The position numbers and the translations under genes were made by a program. DNA of 64,000 nt from Vicinamibacteria bacterium (lineage in GTDB: Bacteria > Acidobacteriota > Vicinamibacteria > Marinacidobacterales > Marinacidobacteraceae): contig OZ219815.1 in the NCBI GenBank assembly GCA_964291235.2, positions 256,001 to 320,000 on the forward strand, read 5' to 3'. How positions within the stretch are numbered: position 1 is the stretch's first letter; each line of letters begins with the position of its first letter. Shown here piece by piece: positions 42,082-51,285 of the stretch. A model generated the notes under the pieces. That model did not search any database. It was not told where the DNA came from and saw only the letters and a list, made by a program, of their open reading frames with translations.

Positions 42082-43116
42082 ATGCGCAGGATCATCAAGG
42101 CGGTATCCGGCGCGATCGGCGACCGCTACTCGCAAAGGCCAACGCTCGACCCGGTCCCGGAAAGCGTCCGGATCGACAGCAAGATCTGCCTGGTGACCGG
42201 CGCCAACAGCGGGCTCGGCAAGGCGGTGGCGGTGGACCTCGCGCGGCGCGGCGGCCGCGTCCTGATGGCCTGCCGCGGCGGCCATCCCGAAGCGGGCGAG
42301 GAGGTCCGGCGGCGCTCCGGCGCCGACTCGGTGGAGATGCTCAAGGTGGATCTAGCCGATCTGGGGTCCGTGCAAGCGCTCGCCGACCGGCTCCGGGACG
42401 CTCCCGGGCGGGTGGACATCGTGGTGCTGAACGCCGGAGTGATGCCGCGCACCGCGCGCCGGTCGGCCCAGGGCTACGAGTTGATGTTCGCAGTGCACTT
42501 CGTGGCGAATCGCCTGCTGATCGACCGGCTGCTCGCGGACGGAACGATCCGGCCGTCCGGGGATCCCGGCGAAACGCCCCGGATCGTGTTCGTGGCGTCC
42601 GAGCAGCATCGCGCGGCCCGCCCGATCGACTTCGACGCCTTCGGCGCGTTCACCGACTACGGCCTGACCGACGGCCTCTACTACTACGGGCTGAGCAAGC
42701 TGCACCTCGTCACCTACGCGAAGGAGCTCTCGCGCCGCCTGAATCCCGGCTCCGGGGTCCGGGTCGCGGTCCATTCCCTCTGCCCGGGGGCGGTCAACTC
42801 CAACCTCGCCCGCGAAGCGCCGGCGTTCCTGAAGCCGCTGCTGTTCCCGGTCATGCGCCTCGCGTTCGCCTCACCCGAGAAGGCGGCGGCGCCGGTCACC
42901 TACGCGTGCTGCGCGGAGGACACCGGCCGGCGCAGCGGGCTCTACCTGCACCTCATGCAGGAGAAAGATCCGTCCCCGCACGCGATGGACGAGGCCGCCG
43001 GCGCCCGGCTCTGGGAAGCGAGTGCCGCGCTGCTGGCAAAACACGCGCCAGCAGGCGAAGTCTCGGCGCTCCGGCGTTTGCGCGCTTCGGCTCGGCCGCT
43101 TGGCAATGACAGCTAG
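42082..43116 (+). CDS. SDR oxidoreductase (retinol dehydrogenase / WWOX-like)
   Basis: TGANSGLG, MACR, DLADL.SV, LNAG, YGLSKL. Confidence 0.88.
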   Translation: MRRIIKAVSGAIGDRYSQRPTLDPVPESVRIDSKICLVTGANSGLGKAVAVDLARRGGRVLMACRGGHPEAGEEVRRRSGADSVEMLKVDLADLGSVQALADRLRDAPGRVDIVVLNAGVMPRTARRSAQGYELMFAVHFVANRLLIDRLLADGTIRPSGDPGETPRIVFVASEQHRAARPIDFDAFGAFTDYGLTDGLYYYGLSKLHLVTYAKELSRRLNPGSGVRVAVHSLCPGAVNSNLAREAPAFLKPLLFPVMRLAFASPEKAAAPVTYACCAEDTGRRSGLYLHLMQEKDPSPHAMDEAAGARLWEASAALLAKHAPAGEVSALRRLRASARPLGNDS

Positions 43117-44336
43117 CGATACCCCGCAGGCCCGCCACGCGCCGGGCACACCTCCAAAGCGCCGATGTCGTGTTGGTGCACCTGCGCCGCCCATGCGGTG
43201 AACGCTGCGGTCCCGGGCAAACAAAGCGGGTTGTTCGCAAGGGTAAGGACTTCCAGTCGGACGAGCCCTACAAAGCTCTCGGGGACGACTCCTGACAGTC
43301 TGTTGTTGTCGAGGGACAGGATCGTCAGACTCGCGAGGTTACCGAGTTCGGGCGGGATGGCTCCCGACAACCCGTTGGAATGGAGCGACAGAATCGTGAG
43401 GCTGGCGAGGTCGCCGAGTTCAGGCGGGATGCCTCCCGACAGGTCGTTGGCGCCCAGATCCAGCCACGTCAGGCTGGCGAGACCGCCGAGTTCGGGCGGG
43501 ATGCCTCCCGACAGGCCGTTGGTGTGGAGCGACAGAGTCGTAAGGCTGGCAAGGTCGTCGAGTTCGGGTGGGATAGCTCCCGACAGGTCGTTGGCGGCCA
43601 GATCCAGCCACGTCAGGCTGGCGAGACCGCCGAGTTCGGGCGGGATGCCTCCCGACAGGCCGTTGGTGTGGAGCGACAGAGTCGTAAGGCTGGCAAGGTC
43701 GCCGAGTTCGGGTGGGATAGCTCCCGACAGGTCGTTGGCGCCCAGATCCAGCCCCGTCAGGCTGGCGAGACCGCCGAGTTCGGCCGGGATGGCTCCCGAC
43801 AGGCCGTTGCTGTGGAGCGACAGAGTCGTGAGGCTGGCAAGGTCGCCGAGTTCGGGTGGGATAGCTCCCGACAGGCCGTTGGCGTCGAGCAACAGGTATG
43901 TCAGGTTGGCGAGCGCGCCGAGCTCGGCGGGAATCGAGCCGGACAGATCGTTGAGGGTTAGGTCCAGGTGTGTCAGGCTGGCGAGCGCGCCTAGTTCGGG
44001 CGGAATCGAATCCGAAAGGTTGTTGTCCGCGAGAAGCAACTCGGTGACCCTTCCAGAGCTGTCGGTCTTCACCCCGAACCACTCCGACAGCGGGGCGTCG
44101 GTCAGCCAACCGCCGCTCCTGGTCCAGTTGGGCCCTCCGGTTGCCTCGTAAAGCGCCACCAGCAGCACGTCGTCGGCAACCTCGGGGACGGTCACCGGGG
44201 GGGCAGTCCCCACAGGCGTCGTTGGGGCCGGCCCCAGCGGTTCGTTGGTTCCGCCGCCGCATCCGCAAGCCCACAGGGCCACAGTCAGCAAGATCGCGGC
44301 CCGGTTCCAGGCTACGCAGCACTGCAATGAGAACAT
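43113..44336 (-). CDS. Secreted or lipid-anchored leucine-rich-repeat protein (plant RLK-type 24-aa LRR)
   Basis: About 12 repeats of L..LT.L.L..N.LSG.IPPELG; cap LVALYEATGGPNW....GW......W.GV; RBS AGGAGA. Confidence 0.93.
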   Translation of the reverse strand: MFSLQCCVAWNRAAILLTVALWACGCGGGTNEPLGPAPTTPVGTAPPVTVPEVADDVLLVALYEATGGPNWTRSGGWLTDAPLSEWFGVKTDSSGRVTELLLADNNLSDSIPPELGALASLTHLDLTLNDLSGSIPAELGALANLTYLLLDANGLSGAIPPELGDLASLTTLSLHSNGLSGAIPAELGGLASLTGLDLGANDLSGAIPPELGDLASLTTLSLHTNGLSGGIPPELGGLASLTWLDLAANDLSGAIPPELDDLASLTTLSLHTNGLSGGIPPELGGLASLTWLDLGANDLSGGIPPELGDLASLTILSLHSNGLSGAIPPELGNLASLTILSLDNNRLSGVVPESFVGLVRLEVLTLANNPLCLPGTAAFTAWAAQVHQHDIGALEVCPARGGPAGYR

Positions 44337-44585
44337 GGGTTGTCTCCTCTCGTCCTGGCACGCATCTCCCTCTCACGAACCATCGTGGGAAACCAAGGCT
44401 CAAGGGTAGCCCAAGAGCAGACACAAGCGGGAACCAAGACATACCCGTTCTTGGGTTTGAGTAGAGGCTTCGGGGCCCGGCCCCGGCGGTGGCGGAAGGT
44501 TCGAGCCCGCACCCGTCGGCGGTGAGGGAAGATTCGCACTCGCGGCCCGTGAGAGCCTTGCCGGGCAGCCGGCCGCGTACTCACC

Positions 44586-45035
44586 GTGTTCCACTATCTG
44601 GTCGCTTCGAACCCGGTGGAGATCGATGCCCCCATCGAACGGGTGTGGGACATCCTCGTGGACTTCGAGCGCTACGGGGAGTGGAATCCCTTCACGACCC
44701 AGGTGGACGCGAGCCTCGAAATCGGCTCGCCAGTCATGCTGCACGTCAGGCTCGGGCGCCTGAAGCGGAAACAGCCCGAGCGGATCGAAACCGTCGAGCC
44801 GCCGCATCTCCTGGCCTGGGGCGTGACGATGGGCGCGCGCTTCCTGCTCGTCGCCCGCCGGGAGCAGCGGCTCGAAGCGCTGGGCGCAGCTCGCTGCCGC
44901 TACTCCACCACCGACGCCACGAGCGGGCTCCTGACCCCGCTGGTGGCCCTGCTCTTCGGCCGTCTCATCCGCCAGGGCTTCAACAACATGGCCGCAGCCC
45001 TCAAATCCCGCGCCGAAACTCGTAACCGCCAATAG
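44586..45035 (+). CDS. SRPBCC/START-like ligand-binding protein
   Basis: EIDAPIERVWDILVDFERYGEWNPF ... GF..M..ALK.RAE. Confidence 0.85.
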   Translation: MFHYLVASNPVEIDAPIERVWDILVDFERYGEWNPFTTQVDASLEIGSPVMLHVRLGRLKRKQPERIETVEPPHLLAWGVTMGARFLLVARREQRLEALGAARCRYSTTDATSGLLTPLVALLFGRLIRQGFNNMAAALKSRAETRNRQ

Positions 45036-45110
45036 CCCACACGGCGCATGGGCCAGGGAGCGCCGGCCTCTGAGCTTGCCCCAGTTTCTCGGACCAGTGG
45101 GAGCGCCGGT

Positions 45111-45959
45111 TCATGGCGGCCCCCGGAGTTGTTGTTCGAAGTCTACGGGTGACAGGTAGCCGAGGGCGGAGTGCCGCCGATAAGGGTTGTACCAAGCCTC
45201 GATGAACTCGAAGACGGCTTCGCCGGCAGCTTTGGGGTTGGGGAACTGGGTCCGGTCGAGCACCTCGCACTCCAGGGTGGCGAAGAAGGACTCCGCCATC
45301 GCGTTGTCGTAGCAGTCCCCCACCGAACCCATGGAAGGCCGGACCCCGGTGGCCCGGCAGCGGCGCCCGAACGCCACCGAGGTGTATTGGCACCCCTGGT
45401 CCGAGTGGTGGATCACTCCCTGGGGCCGCCGCTGCTCGAGCGCCATGTCCAAGGCTTTCAGGACCAGGGTGGCCCGCGCATGCAGCGCCATCGCCCAGCC
45501 CACCACCCGCCGGCTGCAGGCGTCCACAACCACCGCCAGGTGCAACATTCGCGTCAGCGTCGGGATGTAGGTGATGTCGGCCACCCAGAGCTGGTCCAGA
45601 GCCGTGGCCTCGAAGTTCCGGTCCACCAGGTCCGGCGCCGGCCGCGCCTCGCCGCCCCGGATCGTGGTGCGGACGCGGCGTCGGCGGCTCACCCCACAGA
45701 TCCCCAACGCCCGCATCAGCCGCGCAACCCGCTTCCGGCTCGTCCGGTTCCCCCGCGCTGCCAACTCCGCCCGGATCCGCGGCGCCCCGTAGGTGCCTCG
45801 ACTCGCCGCATGCGCCGCCGCGATCTCCACCTTCAGGCGCTCGTCCGCCTGAACCCGTGCACTGGCCCCGCGGCCACGCCAGGCGTAGTACCCACTGCGG
45901 GACACTCCCAGCAGGCGCCCCATCTCCCGTACGCTCATCACGGCCTGGCTCGCATCCAT
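45111..45959 (-). CDS. IS3 transposase OrfB (DDE)
   Basis: TYGAPRI, WVADITY, HHSDQGCQY, YDNAMAESFF, YN..RRHSALGY. Confidence 0.95.
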   Translation of the reverse strand: MDASQAVMSVREMGRLLGVSRSGYYAWRGRGASARVQADERLKVEIAAAHAASRGTYGAPRIRAELAARGNRTSRKRVARLMRALGICGVSRRRRVRTTIRGGEARPAPDLVDRNFEATALDQLWVADITYIPTLTRMLHLAVVVDACSRRVVGWAMALHARATLVLKALDMALEQRRPQGVIHHSDQGCQYTSVAFGRRCRATGVRPSMGSVGDCYDNAMAESFFATLECEVLDRTQFPNPKAAGEAVFEFIEAWYNPYRRHSALGYLSPVDFEQQLRGPP

Positions 45960-46261
45960 CAGTCGGTACCTCCCGACGATGTCTCCCGCGCGAACCAGGC
46001 CGCCGCTTTTTTTAAGAACGCGTTCTCCCGCTGCAGCCGCCGGTTCTCACGTTCCAGCCGCTTCAACTCCTCCCGCTCCTCCGTCGTCCAGCCGTCGCCC
46101 CCGCGGCCCTCCGCCGCATCCGCGTCCATCACCCAACGCCGGATCGCTCGCGGACTCGCCTCATACTCCTCCGCGACTTCCTCCGCGCTACGTCCCGCGC
46201 GAACCAGCGCAACCACCCGCTTCCGATACTCCGCCGTATATCGGCGTCCAGGACTGCCCAT
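45959..46261 (-). CDS. IS3 transposase OrfA
   Basis: RBS GGAGG; RRYTAEYRK HTH, EREELKRLERENRRL..E...LKKAAAWFA; A7 slippery run at 46007-46013 with an open -1 frame into OrfB. Confidence 0.92.
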   Translation of the reverse strand: MGSPGRRYTAEYRKRVVALVRAGRSAEEVAEEYEASPRAIRRWVMDADAAEGRGGDGWTTEEREELKRLERENRRLQRENAFLKKAAAWFARETSSGGTD

Positions 46262-46549
46262 CTCAGACCTCCTTTGTGCCACCGGCACTATGAGTGGTCC
46301 GTTTTCCCGGGGCAACTCCACTCCAGGCCGGCACAGCCCGCCGCAGGCGGGCGGCGGGACAGACCCCCAGCAGCCTTGATGTCGCAAAGGCAAGGGAGCC
46401 CCCACCGGGAGAACTGGGCCGGCCTCCAGTTCGGCACAGCAGGGCGGGAGGCCGTAAACCGAACAGGAAAAGTCGCATTACGATTTGTAATTCTCGGCAA
46501 CTTACGGTCCAATCCCTAGAGCAGAAATGCGGCACCAATGGTGATTTGA

Positions 46550-47656
46550 TTGGGAACGATTCTGAAGTTGCGGGGCCAAAGCTCGAGACGACGCCCCGCG
46601 TCAGGGCTCGCAAGACCCTCCCCGATCAGGAACGGCCTCTTGGTGGCGGCCCTTTGCTTCGGCACGTTCTGGTCCGCGGCCGCGCCAGGGAGTGGAGTCC
46701 AGCTCCCGCCCCGGGTCCTGTTGGACCAGCTTCTGCTGCGGATCGATCGGCTGGTCGAGGCCGACGACCTCGACGCCGCGGTGCAGACAATGGAGGAGGC
46801 GCTCGCCCTCGCGGCGGAACACGAACTGGAGTTGCCCCCGGACTTCCGTTTCGAGCAGGCCCGGGTGGCGTTCGCGGTGGGGCTACTGGGGGCGGCGAAG
46901 GAATCGGTCACCGGGTACCTGGCGGTTGTGAGCCGCGAGGCGGAGTCGTACGTCGATGCCGTGGAGCTGCTGGAAGACGTGGACCGGATCCTGGAGCGCC
47001 GCGATGCGCCGGAGTGCTCGGCCCTGCCGGAGGGTCCGGCATGCTGGATGGAACTCACCAGCCATCCCGGTTGTTACGTCTGGAATCCCGCCCCGCAGGC
47101 TACGGAGACCGCGACGTGGACGGGCGAGTGCTCGGCTGGTTTCGCACAGCGCTCCGGGACGGTGATCTGGACGTATCGGGATGGCGAGCAAGAAGAGGAA
47201 GGAAACCTCCGATACGGCCGGTCGCATGGCGAGTGCCTGATCCGGGACACGGCGGGTTGGGTTTCCGAGGGGCGGTACCGGTTCGGGAAGCGACACGGAG
47301 CTTGGATCGAGAGAACCGCGGACGGAGATGTCCTGGAAGGGCCGTATGTGGATGGCGAGAGGAACGGGCGCTGGGTCGTGAGCTTTGCGGACGAAAGGGG
47401 GATCCAAGCAGGACCGTACATGGACGGGAGGCAGCACGGCCAATGGGTCCTGAAGTTCACGGACAACAGGGGAATCCAGGAAGGACCGTATCTGGACGGG
47501 AAGATGCACGGCCACTGGGTCCTGCGGTTTCCGGATGACGTGGTCGAGAGCGGGACAGTAGTGAACGGAGAGAAGCACGGCCGCTGGCGAATGGTTTTTC
47601 CCGACGGCGAAGTGACCTACTTCGAGTACGTGCACGGGGTCCGTCAGGAACCCTGA
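46550..47656 (+). CDS. Secreted MORN-like repeat protein, paralog 1
   Basis: Signal peptide, helical domain, Cys module CWMEL...PGCYVWN...W.G.CS.G, repeats EGPY.DG.R.G.W. Confidence 0.8.
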   Translation: MGTILKLRGQSSRRRPASGLARPSPIRNGLLVAALCFGTFWSAAAPGSGVQLPPRVLLDQLLLRIDRLVEADDLDAAVQTMEEALALAAEHELELPPDFRFEQARVAFAVGLLGAAKESVTGYLAVVSREAESYVDAVELLEDVDRILERRDAPECSALPEGPACWMELTSHPGCYVWNPAPQATETATWTGECSAGFAQRSGTVIWTYRDGEQEEEGNLRYGRSHGECLIRDTAGWVSEGRYRFGKRHGAWIERTADGDVLEGPYVDGERNGRWVVSFADERGIQAGPYMDGRQHGQWVLKFTDNRGIQEGPYLDGKMHGHWVLRFPDDVVESGTVVNGEKHGRWRMVFPDGEVTYFEYVHGVRQEP

Positions 47657-47685
47657 CCGCCGACGGAAACGCGCGTCGCGACACG

Positions 47686-48804
47686 ATGGTGAGCACCGCC
47701 GCTCGGCCCGACGCGAACACCGAGCCGCCCCCGATCGAGCCCGACATTCGGGTCGGCTTCGTCCTGTTGCCGCAGTTCACCATGCTGTCCTTCGCGGGGT
47801 TCCTGGACGTGCTCCGCCACGCGTCCTATCCGGCGGACCGCGCCGGCCGGACCCATTGCGCGTGGGAGATCGTCGCGCCGACGCTGGAGCCGGTGCTGGC
47901 GAACGGCGGCGTCGCGGTGACTCCGCAGTCGCTGCTCGGGGATCCGACCCGTTTCGATTGCGTCGTCGTCGTGGGCGGTCCGTTGCCGTCGTCGCGGCGG
48001 CACCCTCCCGAGACCCTCGCGTTCCTCCGGCGGGCGGACGAGGCGGGACTGCTCATCGCGGGACTCTGCACCGGGTGTTTCGCGCTGGCGGCGGCGGGCC
48101 TGCTGGACCACTGCCGCTGTTCCGTGCACTTCCGCCACGCCGAGGAGTTCAGGGCCCGGTTCCCGCGGGCGGAGGTCGCCGTCCACGAGGTCTATGCGTT
48201 CGACCACAACATCGCCACCTGCCCCGGCGGGACCGCATCGATCGATCTTGCGGTGGACATCGTCTCCCGCTTCAGCAGCCGGACGCGGGCGACGAAGGGC
48301 CTCGCCGATCTCCTCGTGGACGAGCACCGCTCCGCGTTCCATGCCCCGGACCAGCCCTTCCGCGACCTCGAATCCTGCGGCGACAAACGCGTGGAGGCGG
48401 CTATCCGGCTGATGCGCCAGGACCTGCCAGGACATTCCTCCGTCAGGGACATCGCCCACGCCCTGCACCTGACCGTGGGCCAGCTCAACCGCGCCTTCAA
48501 GGCCCATACCGAACTCACTCCGACGGAGGTGTTTCGCGCGATGCGCCTGCAGCATGCGCGCTGGCAGCTGTTCAACTCCAGCCACTCGGTGGGCCAGATC
48601 GCCTTCGATTGCGGATTCTCGGACGGCCCGCACTTCATCCGGTGGTTCCGGCGCGTCTATGGCCAGACGCCGCATGCGGCGCGCAAGGAACGCGCTGCGG
48701 TCCGCGAGCAGGACGAAGGGTTGCGCGGCGATGCGCAGGCGTTCCGCCGGAGGGCGCCTCGCCAAACGAAGCGGGTGCGGGGCGCACCGGGCGGCGGGGC
48801 ATGA
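47686..48804 (+). CDS. GlxA/FtrA-family regulator (DJ-1/PfpI + AraC HTH)
   Basis: F.LLP.FTM..FA...D.LR, GLCTG.F.LA.AGLL, TCPGG...DL, IAF.CGF.D..HF.R.FR. Confidence 0.9.
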   Translation: MVSTAARPDANTEPPPIEPDIRVGFVLLPQFTMLSFAGFLDVLRHASYPADRAGRTHCAWEIVAPTLEPVLANGGVAVTPQSLLGDPTRFDCVVVVGGPLPSSRRHPPETLAFLRRADEAGLLIAGLCTGCFALAAAGLLDHCRCSVHFRHAEEFRARFPRAEVAVHEVYAFDHNIATCPGGTASIDLAVDIVSRFSSRTRATKGLADLLVDEHRSAFHAPDQPFRDLESCGDKRVEAAIRLMRQDLPGHSSVRDIAHALHLTVGQLNRAFKAHTELTPTEVFRAMRLQHARWQLFNSSHSVGQIAFDCGFSDGPHFIRWFRRVYGQTPHAARKERAAVREQDEGLRGDAQAFRRRAPRQTKRVRGAPGGGA

Positions 48805-48832
48805 CCGCTACGCCGCCGGGAGGAAAGTCGCG

Positions 48833-49989
48833 ATGACCAACGGTGCGCGTGGCGCGCTATTGATTGCACTCCTGGGGAGCGGCCCGGTTAGCGGCACCCA
48901 ACTCCCGCCCGAGATACCGGCCGATCAACTGTTGCTGCGCGCCGAACGGCTGATGGAGGGGGAGGAGCCCGAAGAGGCCCTCGAAGCCCTTGAAGAGATC
49001 CTGACCCTGCAAGCGGAGCACGGCATCGAACTCCCGCCGGAGTTCCACTTCCGACGCGCCCAGGCGACGTTCGCCGCCGGGACGCTGGAGCCCGCCCGGG
49101 AATCCGTCATCGACTACCTGACGGCCGCCGGGAGGGATGGCGAGTTCTACGAGGCCGCCTTGGTGCTATTGGAGGATGTGGAGCGGATCCTGGAACGGCG
49201 GGACGCGCCGGACTGCACGGGACAGCCGGCGGGGACCGAGTGCTGGATGGAACTTGCGAACCAGCCGGGGTGTCACGTCGGGAACGAGGGACTTCAACTC
49301 GAGGCCGTAGCCGAGTGGACCGGCGCTTGTTCTTCGGGCTTTGCCACTGGCCCAGGAACGCTGACGTGGGAGTGGCCACCCGACAACCGCCAAAAGCAGC
49401 AAGGCACGATGCGGCTGGGAAGACCGGAGGGATCGTGGGTTGAGAGGTTTCCGAACGGCGTTGTCGCCGAAGGCCCATACGAGGACGGGGAGGAAAGCGG
49501 ACGCTGGGTCATTAGGGAACCCGATGGGGGCGTTGACGAAGGTCCGTATGTCAACGGTGCGAGGAACGGTCAGTGGTTCGAGAGGTTCGCGAACGGGACT
49601 TTCGCGAAGGGGGCCTACGTGGACGGCAGACGGAACGGCCATGGGTCTGGACATATCCGGACGGGCAGGTCGAGAGCGGCCCATACATGGACGGCGAGCA
49701 GCACGGCCGCTGGGCGATCGAACCGCCGGAAGGCGGCAGACTGGAGGGCCCGTACGTGGACGGTGAAAGAACCGGACACTGGGTCGAGACGTTCCCGAAC
49801 GGGAGTGTCGCAGAAGGGCCTTACGTGGACGGCAAGCGGCAAGGGGATTGGATCTGGCGCTTCCCGAGCGGGCAGGTCGAGGAAGGACCGTACGTGGCTG
49901 ACGAGCAGCACGGCCGGTGGGTGGTACATCCTCCGGACGGCGACACGTACTACGTCACGTTCGTGAGGGGCGTACGTCAGGAGCGATAG
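48833..49989 (+). pseudogene. Secreted MORN-like repeat protein, paralog 2, 1-nt frameshift near 49641
   Basis: AACGGCCA^TGGGTCTGG versus AACGGCCACTGGGTC in paralog 3; repeats continue in the 49573..49989 frame and end FVRGVRQER. Confidence 0.8.
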
Positions 49990-50325
49990 CCCCGCCGACT
50001 TCACCTACCCCACTCACGTAATCCCACCGCCAGACACGACAGAAAGTGTTCGGCGGCGACGTCCGGACCCGGAGTGATCCTTGTGGGCGGCCGCTCTGCG
50101 ACACAGTCTGATTGAACGCAGGAGACAAACAACTGAACTTACGTAACTCCGTCGATTCCCGTGCCGAATCCCGGAGAGAATGTTCTCCTGGACAGTCTGA
50201 TCGCTATCGGTCGAACCACATGGACCCGCGAGCCCCTTGCCTAACGTGGCGTGGAATTCCCCGCCTTTCGCGGCGGTGGCCCGTTCCGGGGAGTGTCGCT
50301 GGCGGCAGCAGCACAGAGGAACGTC

Positions 50326-50913
50326 ATGGACGGTAACCTAGTGGAGGTGATCGAAGCCCTGGTTGGGTTGACGGGATCCGCAATCTGGGCGAAGACGCGG
50401 AAGAAGCGGGCGATGCAAGCCTTCACACTGGGTATCGCACTCACGGCTTTGTTTGTCGCTGTTTCAAGCTTTAGCTACCGGTCAGACCGTCCCGTGGAGC
50501 CGCCAGACAAGCCGGGGGTGTCGGAGAACAATGTCGGCGATGACGAGGAGCGACAGCCACCGACCGAGGACGGCACTCCGTTCCAAGTCTTTACTGAAAC
50601 CATAACCGCGCACACCGACGATCGCGGGCATCTAGAAACCGGCTGGTCCACGGAACAGGTGTTCACTATGCCCAGTGTGCCTGACCGCGCGGAATTCTTT
50701 CCGTTGGAGCAGCCGACCTGTCCGCGCTCGTCTGTTCCCGTCCTTGCTTGGCGAGAAATCGTCGTGAGTCATCCGAGTCTTGATGTCTTGTACTCCGCGG
50801 ATGTTCGGCTGGAAGGGAGAATTCTCGAAATCGGGCTACGAGCACGAGAAGGTAGGCGTGGATACGTTTACATCGACGTGTCGTTGCTTTGTCACAGCAC
50901 ACAAGACCCGTAG
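50326..50913 (+). CDS. Hypothetical membrane-anchored protein
   Basis: AGAGGA before ATG 50326; TM FTLGIALTALFVAV, Pro/acidic linker, beta-rich C-terminus; lower GC. Confidence 0.55.
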   Translation: MDGNLVEVIEALVGLTGSAIWAKTRKKRAMQAFTLGIALTALFVAVSSFSYRSDRPVEPPDKPGVSENNVGDDEERQPPTEDGTPFQVFTETITAHTDDRGHLETGWSTEQVFTMPSVPDRAEFFPLEQPTCPRSSVPVLAWREIVVSHPSLDVLYSADVRLEGRILEIGLRAREGRRGYVYIDVSLLCHSTQDP

Positions 50914-51285
50914 GGAAGCCGACGAAAGGTCTTCGTGCTCTCCGTCGGTCCATAGACAATCCAGTTTCCTACTGGAACCAGTGCGTTGCTGTGGCCACGG
51001 ACCGCGTTTCCTCCTGGGTGAAGAGTTGCTATTCGGCTGGGGCTGGGCTCCGACGAACTAACTGCTATGGATATGGCGACGGATCGCCGTATACAGGAAG
51101 ACGGGACGGCCTGTGCGGTGGGGGATTCGGCCTGCTCGCTGGACGCGACTGGTGCGCAATTCAGTCAGTCGGGCGTCTCGGTATCGGCGTCCGCTGACAT
51201 GCGCAGCGACTCCGCGACAGCGGTGGGAATCTTGCCGGACAGGCAATCGAGGGAAAGAACGACGCTCCCGTTCCACAGAATCGTA

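Larger units (their letters stand above)
45071..46320 (-). mobile_element. Complete IS3-family insertion sequence, 1250 bp
   Basis: TG...CA ends; 26-bp imperfect IRs TGAGCTTGCCCCAGTTTCTCGGACCA / TGGAGTTGCCCCGGGAAAACGGACCA; CTC duplication at 45068-45070 and 46321-46323. Confidence 0.95.

Noticed and set aside
44495-44586. tRNA or tRNA-derived att site (GGTTCGAGCCC; GGCGGTGAGGGAAGATTCGCAC)
   Set aside because: No cloverleaf can be built; only short T-loop-like matches and a GC-rich hairpin; no integrase nearby
50889-51197. Cys/Gly-rich 102-aa ORF as a RiPP precursor
   Set aside because: Overlaps neighbouring ORFs, has no clear RBS, and no modifying enzymes are nearby
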